A stretch of DNA of 64,000 nt from an uncultured Bacteroidales bacterium (GTDB lineage: Bacteria > Bacteroidota > Bacteroidia > Bacteroidales > VadinHA17). Positions 43,700 through 53,921 of this stretch are shown piece by piece (the first letter of the stretch is position 1; every line of letters starts with the position of its first letter). The notes below the pieces were generated by a model, which saw only the letters and a program-made list of their open reading frames with translations, was not told the origin of the DNA and ran no database searches. Location: positions 10,352-74,351 of the forward strand of contig CAWJLF010000001.1 in the NCBI GenBank assembly GCA_963843635.1, read 5' to 3'. A program made the translations under genes and the position numbers.

Positions 43700-44395
43700 A
43701 TGGCTGAGATCCTATACGAAGACAACCATCTTATTGCAGTTTATAAGCGTTCTTCTGAGCTTGCACAGGGTGATAAGACAGGAGATATATCCCTTGATAC
43801 GGAAGTAAAAAAATACCTGGCAACGAAATACAAAAAACCTGGTGAAGTTTTCCTGGGTGTTGTCCACAGGCTTGATCGTCCTGTTAGTGGTGTGATATTG
43901 TATGCAAGGACCTCAAAGGCCCTTGCAAGGTTGAACGAGATGTTCCGTACACAACAGTTAAAGAAAACATACCTGGCAATAGTGCGGGAACGTCCACCTG
44001 AGGATGAAGCTACCATAAATCACTACCTCAAGAAAAATGAGAAACAGAATAAGACATTCGTTTATGAGAATGAGGTTAAGGGATCAAAATTGGCATCTTT
44101 AACCTACCGGCTAAAAGGACGGTCTGAGAAATTCTGGCTTCTTGAGGTGGAGCTTCACTCGGGGCGACACCATCAGATACGGGCTCAGCTGGCTGCAATA
44201 GGGTGCCCAATCAAAGGGGATCTTAAATATGGATATCAAAGATCGAATGAAGACGGAGGAATAAGCCTCCTTGCACGGAGGCTTGAGTTTATTCATCCTG
44301 TAAAAAAAGAGCCTGTTACCATTACTGCACATTTTCCTGATGGAGATGTTTGGTCATATTTCATGGATGCTCTGGCAGATGATGGAATCAGGTAA
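43700..44395 (+). CDS. RluA-family RNA pseudouridine synthase
   Basis: VHRLDRPVSG, GRHHQIR and GDLKYG motifs. Confidence 0.93.
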   Translation: MAEILYEDNHLIAVYKRSSELAQGDKTGDISLDTEVKKYLATKYKKPGEVFLGVVHRLDRPVSGVILYARTSKALARLNEMFRTQQLKKTYLAIVRERPPEDEATINHYLKKNEKQNKTFVYENEVKGSKLASLTYRLKGRSEKFWLLEVELHSGRHHQIRAQLAAIGCPIKGDLKYGYQRSNEDGGISLLARRLEFIHPVKKEPVTITAHFPDGDVWSYFMDALADDGIR

Positions 44396-44702
44396 TTGTT
44401 CTCTATTTATCAGATATCAATCATAAGCTCTTTTCCCTCTTTATCTGATACCACCACTTTTATTCTGTGCTCCTCCTTTTTATCCTTTCACTGAGCAAGA
44501 TACAATAGTAATGTGCTCAAAATAAAAGAGATAACTATAATATGCCTGGCTGTTTGTAACCAGGTTTTTATAATTGATGGCAATAGCGGCTGGTCTCTAA
44601 AATATATTAACTTGGATATTTGATGGTTAACACCCGGTTAATAAGAGTTAAGGAAAAGTTAAATAGTGCATTAATAAGTATTTAATAATTTATTTTTACG
44701 AA

Positions 44703-46344
44703 ATGAACAAAAAGAAGTTTGTTGGCCTTATTGTAATGATGTTATTATCTATTGTAGGGATAATCTGGGTTCAGATAATCTGGATACGGAATGCTGTTAA
44801 TATTCAGAATGCTATATTCAAGAATAATGTCATGAGAAGCCTGGTCAATACTGCAAATGATATTGAAAGGACACAGCAGATGAATTTTTTTAATAACTTC
44901 TGGATTCAACCACCTTTAGGTATCAAGATACATCGGATGATATTGAAGGGTATTTGAACATTGGATCTTATTCCTCCACCCCGGATAATAAGATAAATAT
45001 TAATATAACAAATCAGACCATTTCCGGTAATTCAGATACAGCCCATATCAGGACCTATAATAAATCGTACACAATAAACGGGGATTCATCTATCGTTGAA
45101 GATTCATCCTCATACGTGGTTGCTGCACAAGACAAGAATGGCAAGATGAACATAATCAGCAAGAAAGAAGATCATCAGCCAGTAGAAAGTTCTGACTATA
45201 TAAGACAACGGGAGTTTTTGAACTGGGTAAAAAAGAGAAGGGACGAATTTCGTAATATGAGCGATCAGAGGATTGCTGAGATATATGGATGGGAAAAGAC
45301 CCTCGACATAGATAGCAGGGAAGTGGAAATGGCCCTCAATAGAACATTGAGATATTACCAGATTTTTACACCTTTTGAATTTGCGATAATAAAAAACGGG
45401 GTTGTAGAGCAGGGAAGATTTACCAAATCATCAAAAAACGAATTCCTTCGTTCCGCTTATGCAGTAAGGCTCTTTCCCGATAATGTTATGAAACAGGATC
45501 TAATCTTATCTGTTGTTTTTCCGCAAAGGACCAATTATGTGCTGGGAGGTATTGCCTGGCTGCTTGGTGGTTCACTGATATTTTCACTTTTCATCCTTCT
45601 GTCATTTGCCCTGAGCCTTTATTTTATTATCAGGCAGAAAAAGATCTCCGAGATGAAATCGGATTTTATAAATAATATGACACATGAGTTTAAGACACCT
45701 ATAGCTACAATTTCACTTGCGGCTGATACAATTAACAATCCGAAAGTTATTACAGACGAGAGCAGCATACGTCATTTTATCGAAATGATAAAGAAGGAGA
45801 ACAGCAGGATGAACAAAAAAGTGGAGACAATACTGCAGATCGCTTCTCTCGATAAAAAGGAAATCGAATTCCGATATGAGAATATTTCAGTTCACACAAT
45901 AATACGAACGAGCGATCGAAACAATGGAGATTCAGGTTCACCAGAGAAATGGCAGTATAAAAATGAATCTTAAAGCTGAACAGCCTGTTATAAATGGTGA
46001 TAGCGAACATCTTACAAATCTTGTGAAAATCTGCTCGACAATGCAATTAAATATTCGCCGAGAGTCACCTGAAATAACATCAGTACAAAGAATGTTGAAA
46101 AGGGCATTAATTTTGACTGTGGAAGACAAGGGTATCGGAATGATAAAAGCAGTCCAGAGCAAGATTTTTGAAAGGTTTTACAGGCAGAGTTCCGGTAACA
46201 TACATGATGTAAAGGGATTCGGACTGGGATTAAATTATTCCCGTGCAATAATTGAAGCTCATAAAGGAACAATATCTGTTAATCAGTGAGCCCGGAAAAG
46301 GAAGCCGGTTCGATATTTATTTACCATTTAACTGGGAGAACTAA
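44703..46344 (+). CDS. Sensor histidine kinase (RprX/PorY-like), frameshifted
   Basis: Two TM helices; DFINNMTHEFKTPIATI; DKGIG; VKGFGLGL; ends PGKGSRFDIYLPFNWEN*. Confidence 0.85.
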
Positions 46345-46345
46345 A

Positions 46346-47040
46346 ATGATGATACAAAACCATAAAAATTTTTCTTGGTCGAGGATGACCTGAGTTTTGG
46401 TTCAGTTCTTAAATCATACCTTGAAATAAATGACTTCACGGTCGAGTGGGTCGATGACGGAAAATACGCAGTGGACCATTTCAGAAAAGGTGCATTCATA
46501 TCTGTATACTCGATATCATGCTTCCGCATGTTGACGGATTCACAATTGCGAATGAAATAAGGAAGATCAACAATTAGGTCCCGATAATGTTCCTGACTGC
46601 AAAAAAGCTTAAGGAAGATGTGTTAAAGGATATGGCGAGGGGGCGATGATTATATCACAAAACCATTCGATACGAGATATCCTTCTTGCCAAAGATACGG
46701 GCCATCCTTTCACGGCGTGATTCCAGACAGGGACAAAGGATATTTATGAAATAGGAAAGTTTGTTTTCAATGCCAAGCTGAGAACTCTTACAAGCGGAGA
46801 TGATGAAAAGAAACTTTCACCAAAGGAAGCTCAGTTGCTCGAATTGCTTGCAATAAATCCCAATGCATTGATAAGCAGGGAAATGGCATTAAGAAGATAT
46901 GGGGCGCGGATGATTATTTTACAGCCAGAAGCATGGATGTCTATATAACAAAACTCAGAAAATTCCTTTCAGAGGACCCTGCAGTTAAATATCAAGAATA
47001 TCCATGGTGCAGGTTTCCAGCTTATAATCAGGGAGATTGA
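46346..47040 (+). CDS. OmpR-family response regulator (RprY-like), frameshifted
   Basis: IFLVEDD, LDIMLP..DGF, MFLTAK, DDYITKPF, KLSPKEAQLL and YFTARSMDVYITKLRK fragments. Confidence 0.85.
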
Positions 47041-47043
47041 TCT

Positions 47044-47534
47044 TCAGAGTGTTTTTCCGTGAACTGAAGGGAAGAAGATCACTCATACTCTCGATTATAC
47101 TTGTTTTGTCCATACCTGAAAGAATAATGCGTATATTGCTTACCATGTTCTCATTTCCTCTTCTGCGATAACCTGCCGGCAGTTACCACATGGCGTAACT
47201 GGTTCATCGGTAAGATACCTTCATTAGGTAGTTGCAGCGATTGCCATAGCTACCGGTATGATCATCTGGGTATAGTTGGAAACTGCATAATGAAAGAGCA
47301 TTTTTTTCAGCACATATTCCTGACGGGAAAAGCAGCATTCTCAACATTTGTTCCGCACACAACTTTCCCGCTCTCAAGCCTGACAGCTGCACCTACCTTA
47401 AACCCCGAATATGGAGCATAGGCATTAACGGCGGATTTTTGTGCGGCAATTATAAGCTCCCTGATATCATTATCCAGTTCTTCAGGATTCTCTGTTTCAA
47501 GGTAGGATATTGAAATTTTTTTCGTCCTAATCAT
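47044..47534 (-). CDS. cdd: Cytidine deaminase (frameshifted; 3' end approximate)
   Basis: AYAPYSGFKVGAA, GTNVENAAFP, CAEK and PCGNCRQ motifs. Confidence 0.88.
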
Positions 47535-47756
47535 AATACTCCTGCTCTCTGTGAGTTTTACAAGGTAGTAAATATTGTTCATAATTAATGCAGTGATTTT
47601 TATCATAATATAGATGGCTTAACTATCACCTTAATCTGAAAAAAGCATGAAATGAAATATATTGTTTCCCATTATTTATTGATTAATACTGTAGCATATG
47701 ATCAATCTTAGGATAGCTGAGTGACATTTTTTTTATTTTTGTCAGAAAAACATGTA

Positions 47757-48781
47757 ATGAAAAAGTGCATAATTTTTCTCTTCTTTTTATACTGATCATG
47801 GTTTATTTTCTTGCAGAGCGACAAGACGGTTCCTCGGTACACAACGGTCCAGTAAATCGGAAATGCTGTAACATACATTAGCAGGTACAAAGATCTGGCA
47901 ATAAGTGAAATGAAGCGAACAGGTATACCGGCCAGCATCACCCTTGCCCAGGGGATGATCGAATCGGATTATGGAAGAAGTAGCCTTGCCAGGGATGCCA
48001 ATAATCTATTTCGGGATAAAATGTCATGATGACTGGAACGGACCAGACAATAAGGCAGCATGATGACAGGAGAAATGAATGCTTCAGAAAATACAGGGAA
48101 CCGGAGGAGTCATTTTATGACCATTCAGAATTTATCAGGACAGGGTCGAGATACAGTTTCCTGTTTAACCTGAAGTCCACGATTACAAGGCGTGGGCACA
48201 TGGATTGAAAAAAGCCGGATATGCAACAAACCCTGATTATGCCAATATGATCATCAGGAAAATTGAAGAATATAACCTTATGATTTATGACCGGGGATAT
48301 ACTGCCTATGATATATCTTCACAGAAAAGACAGCGGCATTAGTTCTCCAGTCCCGACAGGCAAGACCGGGAATGGAAGAATTGCTCAACTATCAGTCCGG
48401 CAAAACTACTGTCATGGAAAGGGTACCACGCCTTTTGGAGAAGAACAGGATACAATATATCATTGTCAGAGATGGGGATACAAAGTAAAAAGATTGAGAA
48501 TGAATTTCAGCTGTTGAAGTGGGAACTCGCGAAATATAATGATTTGCCGTCCGATTTTCAGCTTGTTCCCGGACAGATATTATATCTTCAGCCAAAAAAG
48601 GGCAAAAGCCGAAGCCGGTGAAGATTATTATACCACAGTTGAAGGAGACACGATGTACCTTATATCACAGAAATATGGGATAAAGCTTAAGAATCTCTAT
48701 GAAATGAACAGGATGGAGCCAGGTAGTGAACCCGGACCCGGTATCAGGATATGGCTAAGAACTGTTAAGCCGGTCAATTGA
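47757..48781 (+). CDS. Glucosaminidase (GH73-like) with C-terminal LysM domains, frameshifted
   Basis: YKDLAISEMKRTGIPASITLAQGMIES, NNLFG, FRKY..PEESFYDHSEF and KAGYATNP fragments; LysM YTTVEGDTMYLISQKYGI. Confidence 0.87.
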
Positions 48782-49742
48782 ATATTATATTGTAGCTGTC
48801 TATACTGAAGCCCCTGAGGAATTCCAACAGTGTTCATCTTCTTCTTGCCCTTCAATCTGAAGACTTGCAATACTCATAAAACCGTTCTCTTACATGCAAT
48901 CTTCAGATAAGTGTTTCCCATCACTGATAATATGACCAGGTTCATAATCATGACATTCAATCTCGGGAAAACTCTCAAAAATCTTAAACATAAATACTTG
49001 AGAGCCATTGGTGAAATATGATCTCGCACAGGGATAAGGGGAAGCCCTCTGATAAAATTATGAAGTATGGGAGCTTCATTATTCCAGTTGATAATACAAT
49101 AATCAGGATAGATCTTTAGGAGCTGATCTGATTGATTCTCCGGGATTTAAAAGATTTGACTGAGGAATTGGTTTAATTTGTTTTCAGCAATTTCTGAAAG
49201 CGTCCTGATCACAAGCCTGGCACCATGTTTCATGAGTCTGTCATGAAGATCTCCTGCATTTTCAAAGGGAAAATGTGCACTTCTTCCCGCAAGAGAATAT
49301 TTCCGGTATCAATCTTATCATCAATAAAGAAAGTTGTGACCCCTGTTACTGTTTCACCGTTGATTATAGCATGATTGATAGGTGCTGCCCCACGGTATTG
49401 CGGCAACAATGAAGCATGAAGGTTAATGGTTCCTATTGAGGGGATCCTCCATACCATTTCAGGAAGCATTCTGAAGGCAACTACAACGAATATGTCCGGT
49501 TTGAGTTTTTTCAAGAGCTGAAATAAAACCCGGATCTCTAAGGTTAATGGTTGTATAATGGGAAGATAACTGGATTCAGCAAATTCTTTCACTGCTGATT
49601 TAGTTAATTTTCTTCCTCTGCCAGCAGGTTTGTCAGGAACTGTGACAACTGCCACGACGTTAAACCCGTTCATAAGCAGTGAACCAAGTGTTGCTACAGC
49701 AAACTCAGGAGTCCCCATAAATACTACCCTGAGATTCTTCAT
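48774..49742 (-). CDS. fmt: Methionyl-tRNA formyltransferase (frameshifted after about 170 aa)
   Basis: VFMGTPEFA, PDKPAGRG and NLHASLLPQYRGAAPIN motifs; downstream APKIYP and GKKKM...EFLRGF fragments. Confidence 0.92.
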
Positions 49743-49801
49743 AAGTGGACTATTACTTCACAATTCAATAATACCAAATTAGTCAATCCTTTCCAATGTG
49801 T

Positions 49802-51016
49802 TTATAACATGACAAGGTTATGTCCCATCTTGTTTGCCTTGGTCTCAAGGTAGAACTTATTATGGGGATTGGATTCTATAACTAAAGGGATTGTTTCCAC
49901 TATTTTAATGCCATAGCCTTCCAGCCCGGCTCTTTTAACAGGATTATTGGAAATAAGACGTACTTTACCCAGTCCCAGTTCCCTCATAATGCTCGCACCC
50001 ACACCATAATCGCTCTCATCTTCACTAAAGCCAAGTTCAAGGTTTGCTTCCACAGTATCCAATCCTTCATCCTGCAACCGGTAGGCCTTTATCTTATTCA
50101 GTAGCCCTATGCCCCTGCCTTCCTGGCTGAGGTAAATGACTACCCCTTTCCCTTCTGCCTCTACCATCTCCATTGCTCTCTGCAGCTGAGGTCCGCAGTC
50201 GCATCTTAATGATCCGAATATATCGCCGGTAAAGCAGGAGGAGTGCAGCCTTACCATTATCGGTTCTTCCTTGGTCCAGGTACCTTTTACCAGTGCGGCA
50301 TGTTCAATCCCGTTACTTATCTGTCGGAAAGGAATAAATTCAAAGTCACCCCTTGTGGTGGGAAGGCTTACTCTTTCTCCTTTCTCAATAATTGAATCAC
50401 GTTCGAGAGTATATGTTATAAGATCCTTTATAGCAATAATTTTGATCCCGAATTTTTCACTAAGTTTTATGAGGTCATTTAGCCGGGCCATGGAACCGTC
50501 GTCATTCATTATTTCAACCAGGGCACCACCTGGTCTTAGTCCTGCCATTCTTGTCAGGTCGACCACAGCTTCAGTATGGCCGGCTCTTCTCAGGACACCC
50601 TTTGCCTTAGCTTTTAAAGGGAAAATATGGCCGGGTCGTGCGAGGTCGGTTGGTTTGGTTACAGGGTCCACCAGAGCTTTAATTGTAAGAGCACGGTCCT
50701 TGGCTGATACCCCTGTTGTAGTGTCTTCATTTAAAAAATCCACGGATACTGTAAACTGAGTGGCATGAAGCGAGGTATTGATGCCTACCATGAGATCAAG
50801 TTCCAGCTCATCACATCTTTCTTCCGGAAGGGCAGTACAGATCAGACCCCTGCCAAATTTGGCCATAAAGTTTACAATTTCAGGGGTTACCAGTTCAGCT
50901 GAACATATGAAATCTCCTTCATTCTCGCGATCCTCATCATCGACAACAATTAATAGTTTTCCCTTTTTTATATCCTCAATTGCTTCTTCAATTGTATTCA
51001 GTTTGAAATCATCCAT
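49802..51016 (-). CDS. ribBA: Bifunctional DHBP synthase / GTP cyclohydrolase II
   Basis: [43 protein letters not shown] and QEGRGIGL motifs. Confidence 0.97.
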   Translation of the reverse strand: MDDFKLNTIEEAIEDIKKGKLLIVVDDEDRENEGDFICSAELVTPEIVNFMAKFGRGLICTALPEERCDELELDLMVGINTSLHATQFTVSVDFLNEDTTTGVSAKDRALTIKALVDPVTKPTDLARPGHIFPLKAKAKGVLRRAGHTEAVVDLTRMAGLRPGGALVEIMNDDGSMARLNDLIKLSEKFGIKIIAIKDLITYTLERDSIIEKGERVSLPTTRGDFEFIPFRQISNGIEHAALVKGTWTKEEPIMVRLHSSCFTGDIFGSLRCDCGPQLQRAMEMVEAEGKGVVIYLSQEGRGIGLLNKIKAYRLQDEGLDTVEANLELGFSEDESDYGVGASIMRELGLGKVRLISNNPVKRAGLEGYGIKIVETIPLVIESNPHNKFYLETKANKMGHNLVML

Positions 51017-51029
51017 TTGTAAGTATTAT

Positions 51030-52526
51030 TTATTCAGATCCAGATTTACTTTGTTCCCCGTTTATAAATATTCTGTATCCCAGATCCTTGATTTTTTTAA
51101 AGAACAGTAAATATGTATCAATGTTCATTATTACAGAGTCGGTAGTGGCCTTGTAAGTCAGAAAAACCCCGATAGGCAAAAGGATATACGATGCTGCCCA
51201 CATTCCTGCAAAAGTGCTTACAATATCTTCTTCAACAAGCTTCTGCGCCGAGATGGATATCACGTAATATATAACGAAGAAAAAGATGGATATTACAGCC
51301 GGGGTTCCCAGCCCTCCTTTCCTTATTATGGCACCGAGTGGTGCCCCTATAAAGAAAAAGACCAGGCAGGCAAACGACATCGTGAGCTTCTTATACCATT
51401 CCACCTCATATTTCTTAATATTCTTTACATCCCAGTGCAGTGATTCGCTCTTTTGTGTAAGGCTGCTGGTTGCGTCCTTGATGCTTTCAATGGCATTGGC
51501 CAGAACGGATCTCTTTTCTATCAGAGTTAGAGAGTCAAACACTACGTCAGTATTGAATTTGGTGAACCGGTAATGGCTGCTGTCACTGAAATCCCTTATC
51601 AGTTTACTTGGAACATAGTATTCCTTTCGGAATATTTTGTTGTTCAGAAAATCGTTAAACTGGTCATCGATTTTAGTCACATATTTTTTATTAAGAGAAT
51701 CGATAAAAAATGTCAGCTCAGAAATATTCTTCATAGCTGCAGTGGATTTAAAGAGTCCTTCTTCACTTCTTTCAAGATCAAATCCACTGAGAGGAATAAC
51801 AATGCTCTGCTCCTCGAAAAAATCTTTCCTTGACGGATATTTTCTGGCAGTTGGCAACATGTTCTTCTCAGCCATCTCATTATAGGAATATCCATTATAC
51901 AGGGTCATTATCAATCCTGTCTCATCAGGACTCAGTTTCATGTATCCCGAATCAGCCAGTATAACATGAGTGTCTCCTTTTCTGTCGCGATGATCATAAA
52001 TGATAAGATTCTCCAGCAGGTTAGTCTCAGGATTTTTCTTAGATATCTTGATACTGAAATCGGGTACTCCGTTATAGAAAGTACCTGCCTGAATATTTAT
52101 GTCAGGCTTCTTCTTACGTATATCCCAGAGGAGAGTCCTGGCTTTATCAGTTGCATAAGGCAGAACATTATTCGAAAAGAAGAATGATACAACTGCGATC
52201 AGTACAAGCACAAGTATCAAGGGACGCATTATTCTCTGGAGTGGTATTCCAGAGGCTTTCAGGGCAGTCAGTTCACTGAACTCACCCATATTACCGAATG
52301 TCATCAGCGAGGCTAACAGTATAGCCAGTGGCAGTGCAAGGGGGACAAATGTCAGTGAAAAATTGTAGATCAGCTCCGCAAGCACCATGAAATTAAGTCC
52401 TTTTCCTGCCAGTTCGTCAACATACATCCACAGGAACTGGAGGATCAGAATGATAAGCACAATGAAAAATGTGAGTACCAGCGGACCTACAAATGATTTT
52501 AATACGAACTTATCAACTCTCTTCAC
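51030..52526 (-). CDS. LptF/LptG family LPS export permease
   Basis: LQFLWMYVDELAGKGL, ELTALKASGI and FFFIGAPLGAIIRKGG motifs; probable GTG start at 52526. Confidence 0.9.
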   Translation of the reverse strand: MKRVDKFVLKSFVGPLVLTFFIVLIILILQFLWMYVDELAGKGLNFMVLAELIYNFSLTFVPLALPLAILLASLMTFGNMGEFSELTALKASGIPLQRIMRPLILVLVLIAVVSFFFSNNVLPYATDKARTLLWDIRKKKPDINIQAGTFYNGVPDFSIKISKKNPETNLLENLIIYDHRDRKGDTHVILADSGYMKLSPDETGLIMTLYNGYSYNEMAEKNMLPTARKYPSRKDFFEEQSIVIPLSGFDLERSEEGLFKSTAAMKNISELTFFIDSLNKKYVTKIDDQFNDFLNNKIFRKEYYVPSKLIRDFSDSSHYRFTKFNTDVVFDSLTLIEKRSVLANAIESIKDATSSLTQKSESLHWDVKNIKKYEVEWYKKLTMSFACLVFFFIGAPLGAIIRKGGLGTPAVISIFFFVIYYVISISAQKLVEEDIVSTFAGMWAASYILLPIGVFLTYKATTDSVIMNIDTYLLFFKKIKDLGYRIFINGEQSKSGSE

Positions 52527-52687
52527 TGCCTGTCTTTGTTTGAGGTGCAAAATTACTTGATTTTTATCAAATATCAGCTTTGATAGAATTCATTTTTTGA
52601 CAGGTTATAAAATAAGGGCATAATGGTGCGATGGCACAAAGGCGCAGAGGTTTAATTCTATAATTGTTTTTGAAATATATCTTTGAT

Positions 52688-53062
52688 TTATATTCCTAAA
52701 ATCCTTTTCAGGTCATTGATCTGGGAATCCCAAAGATATATTGCATCATCTTTTTCGTCCTCATCAGCAAAGTCGGTTATGATAAGAGCCAGTCCTCCTG
52801 TGAGCTCTTCTACATTTATTTTGAATTCAAAATAATTGGTGTCCTCATTATCCTTCTCAATCCATTCAAACCTGACAAGTTTATTCTCTTTCAGGGCCGA
52901 AAGCCTGGCCTTTGTTTCAGTGTTGTTCCAATAAAATGAAAAAAGATCTCCGTCTACATTAACCTGCTCAGCAAACCATTCTCCAAGTCCTTCAGGAGTG
53001 CTCAGACGAGAAAAAAGCACCTTGGGAGAACAATTGAGCGGATATTCAAGTTCGAACTTCAT
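52688..53062 (-). CDS. START-like/SRPBCC domain protein
   Basis: FELEY...SP..LF..LSTPEGLGEWFA...LIITDFA...LWDSQI pattern of the Bacteroidota START-like family. Confidence 0.82.
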   Translation of the reverse strand: MKFELEYPLNCSPKVLFSRLSTPEGLGEWFAEQVNVDGDLFSFYWNNTETKARLSALKENKLVRFEWIEKDNEDTNYFEFKINVEELTGGLALIITDFADEDEKDDAIYLWDSQINDLKRILGI

Positions 53063-53261
53063 TCTTTTGTCAGGGGATTAATCAATTTTCTATACTTTTT
53101 CTGCAATATAGAAAAAATTCTTAAACTAAATTACCTTATTGTTATTTTGTGACAAACTGTTTATATTTGCACCCTCAAAAGAGAAAACAGGTTGATTCTA
53201 AAGAAGAAAAGGTTCATTCTCAAGGTAAAGCATTCACGGTTCTTTAAATAAAGTATTTATT

Positions 53262-53335
53262 GGCGAGATAGCTCAGTTGGTTAGAGCGCATGATTCATAA
53301 TCATGAGGTCGGGAGTTCAATTCTCCCTCTCGCTA
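53262..53335 (+). tRNA. trnM: tRNA-Met (CAT), elongator type, CCA not encoded
   Basis: GGCGAGATAGCTCAGTTGGTTAGAGCGCATGATTCATAATCATGAGGTCGGGAGTTCAATTCTCCCTCTCGCTA; TATATTTG -7 box at 53162-53169. Confidence 0.95.
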
Positions 53336-53371
53336 CAACAGAAAGCCTGGCACGAAGTGCCGGGCTTTTTT

Positions 53372-53772
53372 GTTTTCAAGCCTCTGAGCTTGCTCAAAGA
53401 GGCGTTAAAACAAAAAAGCCCAGGTAATCCGCCAACCGGCGGATCACAGGCTTTCTGTTGTTAAGTCCCCCCAGAGAATCGCCGCAGGCAATTCTCTGGT
53501 TTTCAAGCCTCTGAGCTTGCTCAAAGAGGCGTTAAAACAAAAAAGCCCAGGTAATCCGCCAACCGGCGGATCACAGGCTTTCTGTTGTTAAGTCCCCCCA
53601 GAGAATCGCCGCAGGCAATTCTCTGGTTTTCAAGCCTCTGAGCTTGCTCAAAGAGGCGTTAAAACAAAAAAGCCCAGGTAATCCGCCAAACGGCGGATCA
53701 CAGGCTTTCTGTTGTTAAGTCCCCCCCAGAGAATCACGGCGCGACAGCGCCGTAATTCTCCCTCTCGCCACA
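53372..53772 (+). repeat. 127-bp palindromic tandem repeat x3 after tRNA-Met, ending in a copy of the tRNA 3' end
   Basis: GTTTTCAAGCCTCTGAGCTTGCTC at 53372, 53499 and 53626. AATTCTCCCTCTCGCCACA (53754-53772) matches 53319-53337 at 18/19. Confidence 0.96.
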
Positions 53773-53921
53773 CTGAAAATAAGCCACTTACACATTCAGC
53801 CGTGCAGGTGGTTTTTGTGTTGGACCAGGATTGAGCCAGGTTCTTGAAGAAAAGTACCGTATTGCAGACGTTAAGCCAAAATAAATCTATTGAAGATTAA
53901 CAAATTTCTATATGTAAATTT

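Noticed and set aside
52632-52647. Sigma-54 promoter TGGCACAAAGGCGC
   Set aside because: No TTGC at -12 and it faces the 3' end of a convergent gene
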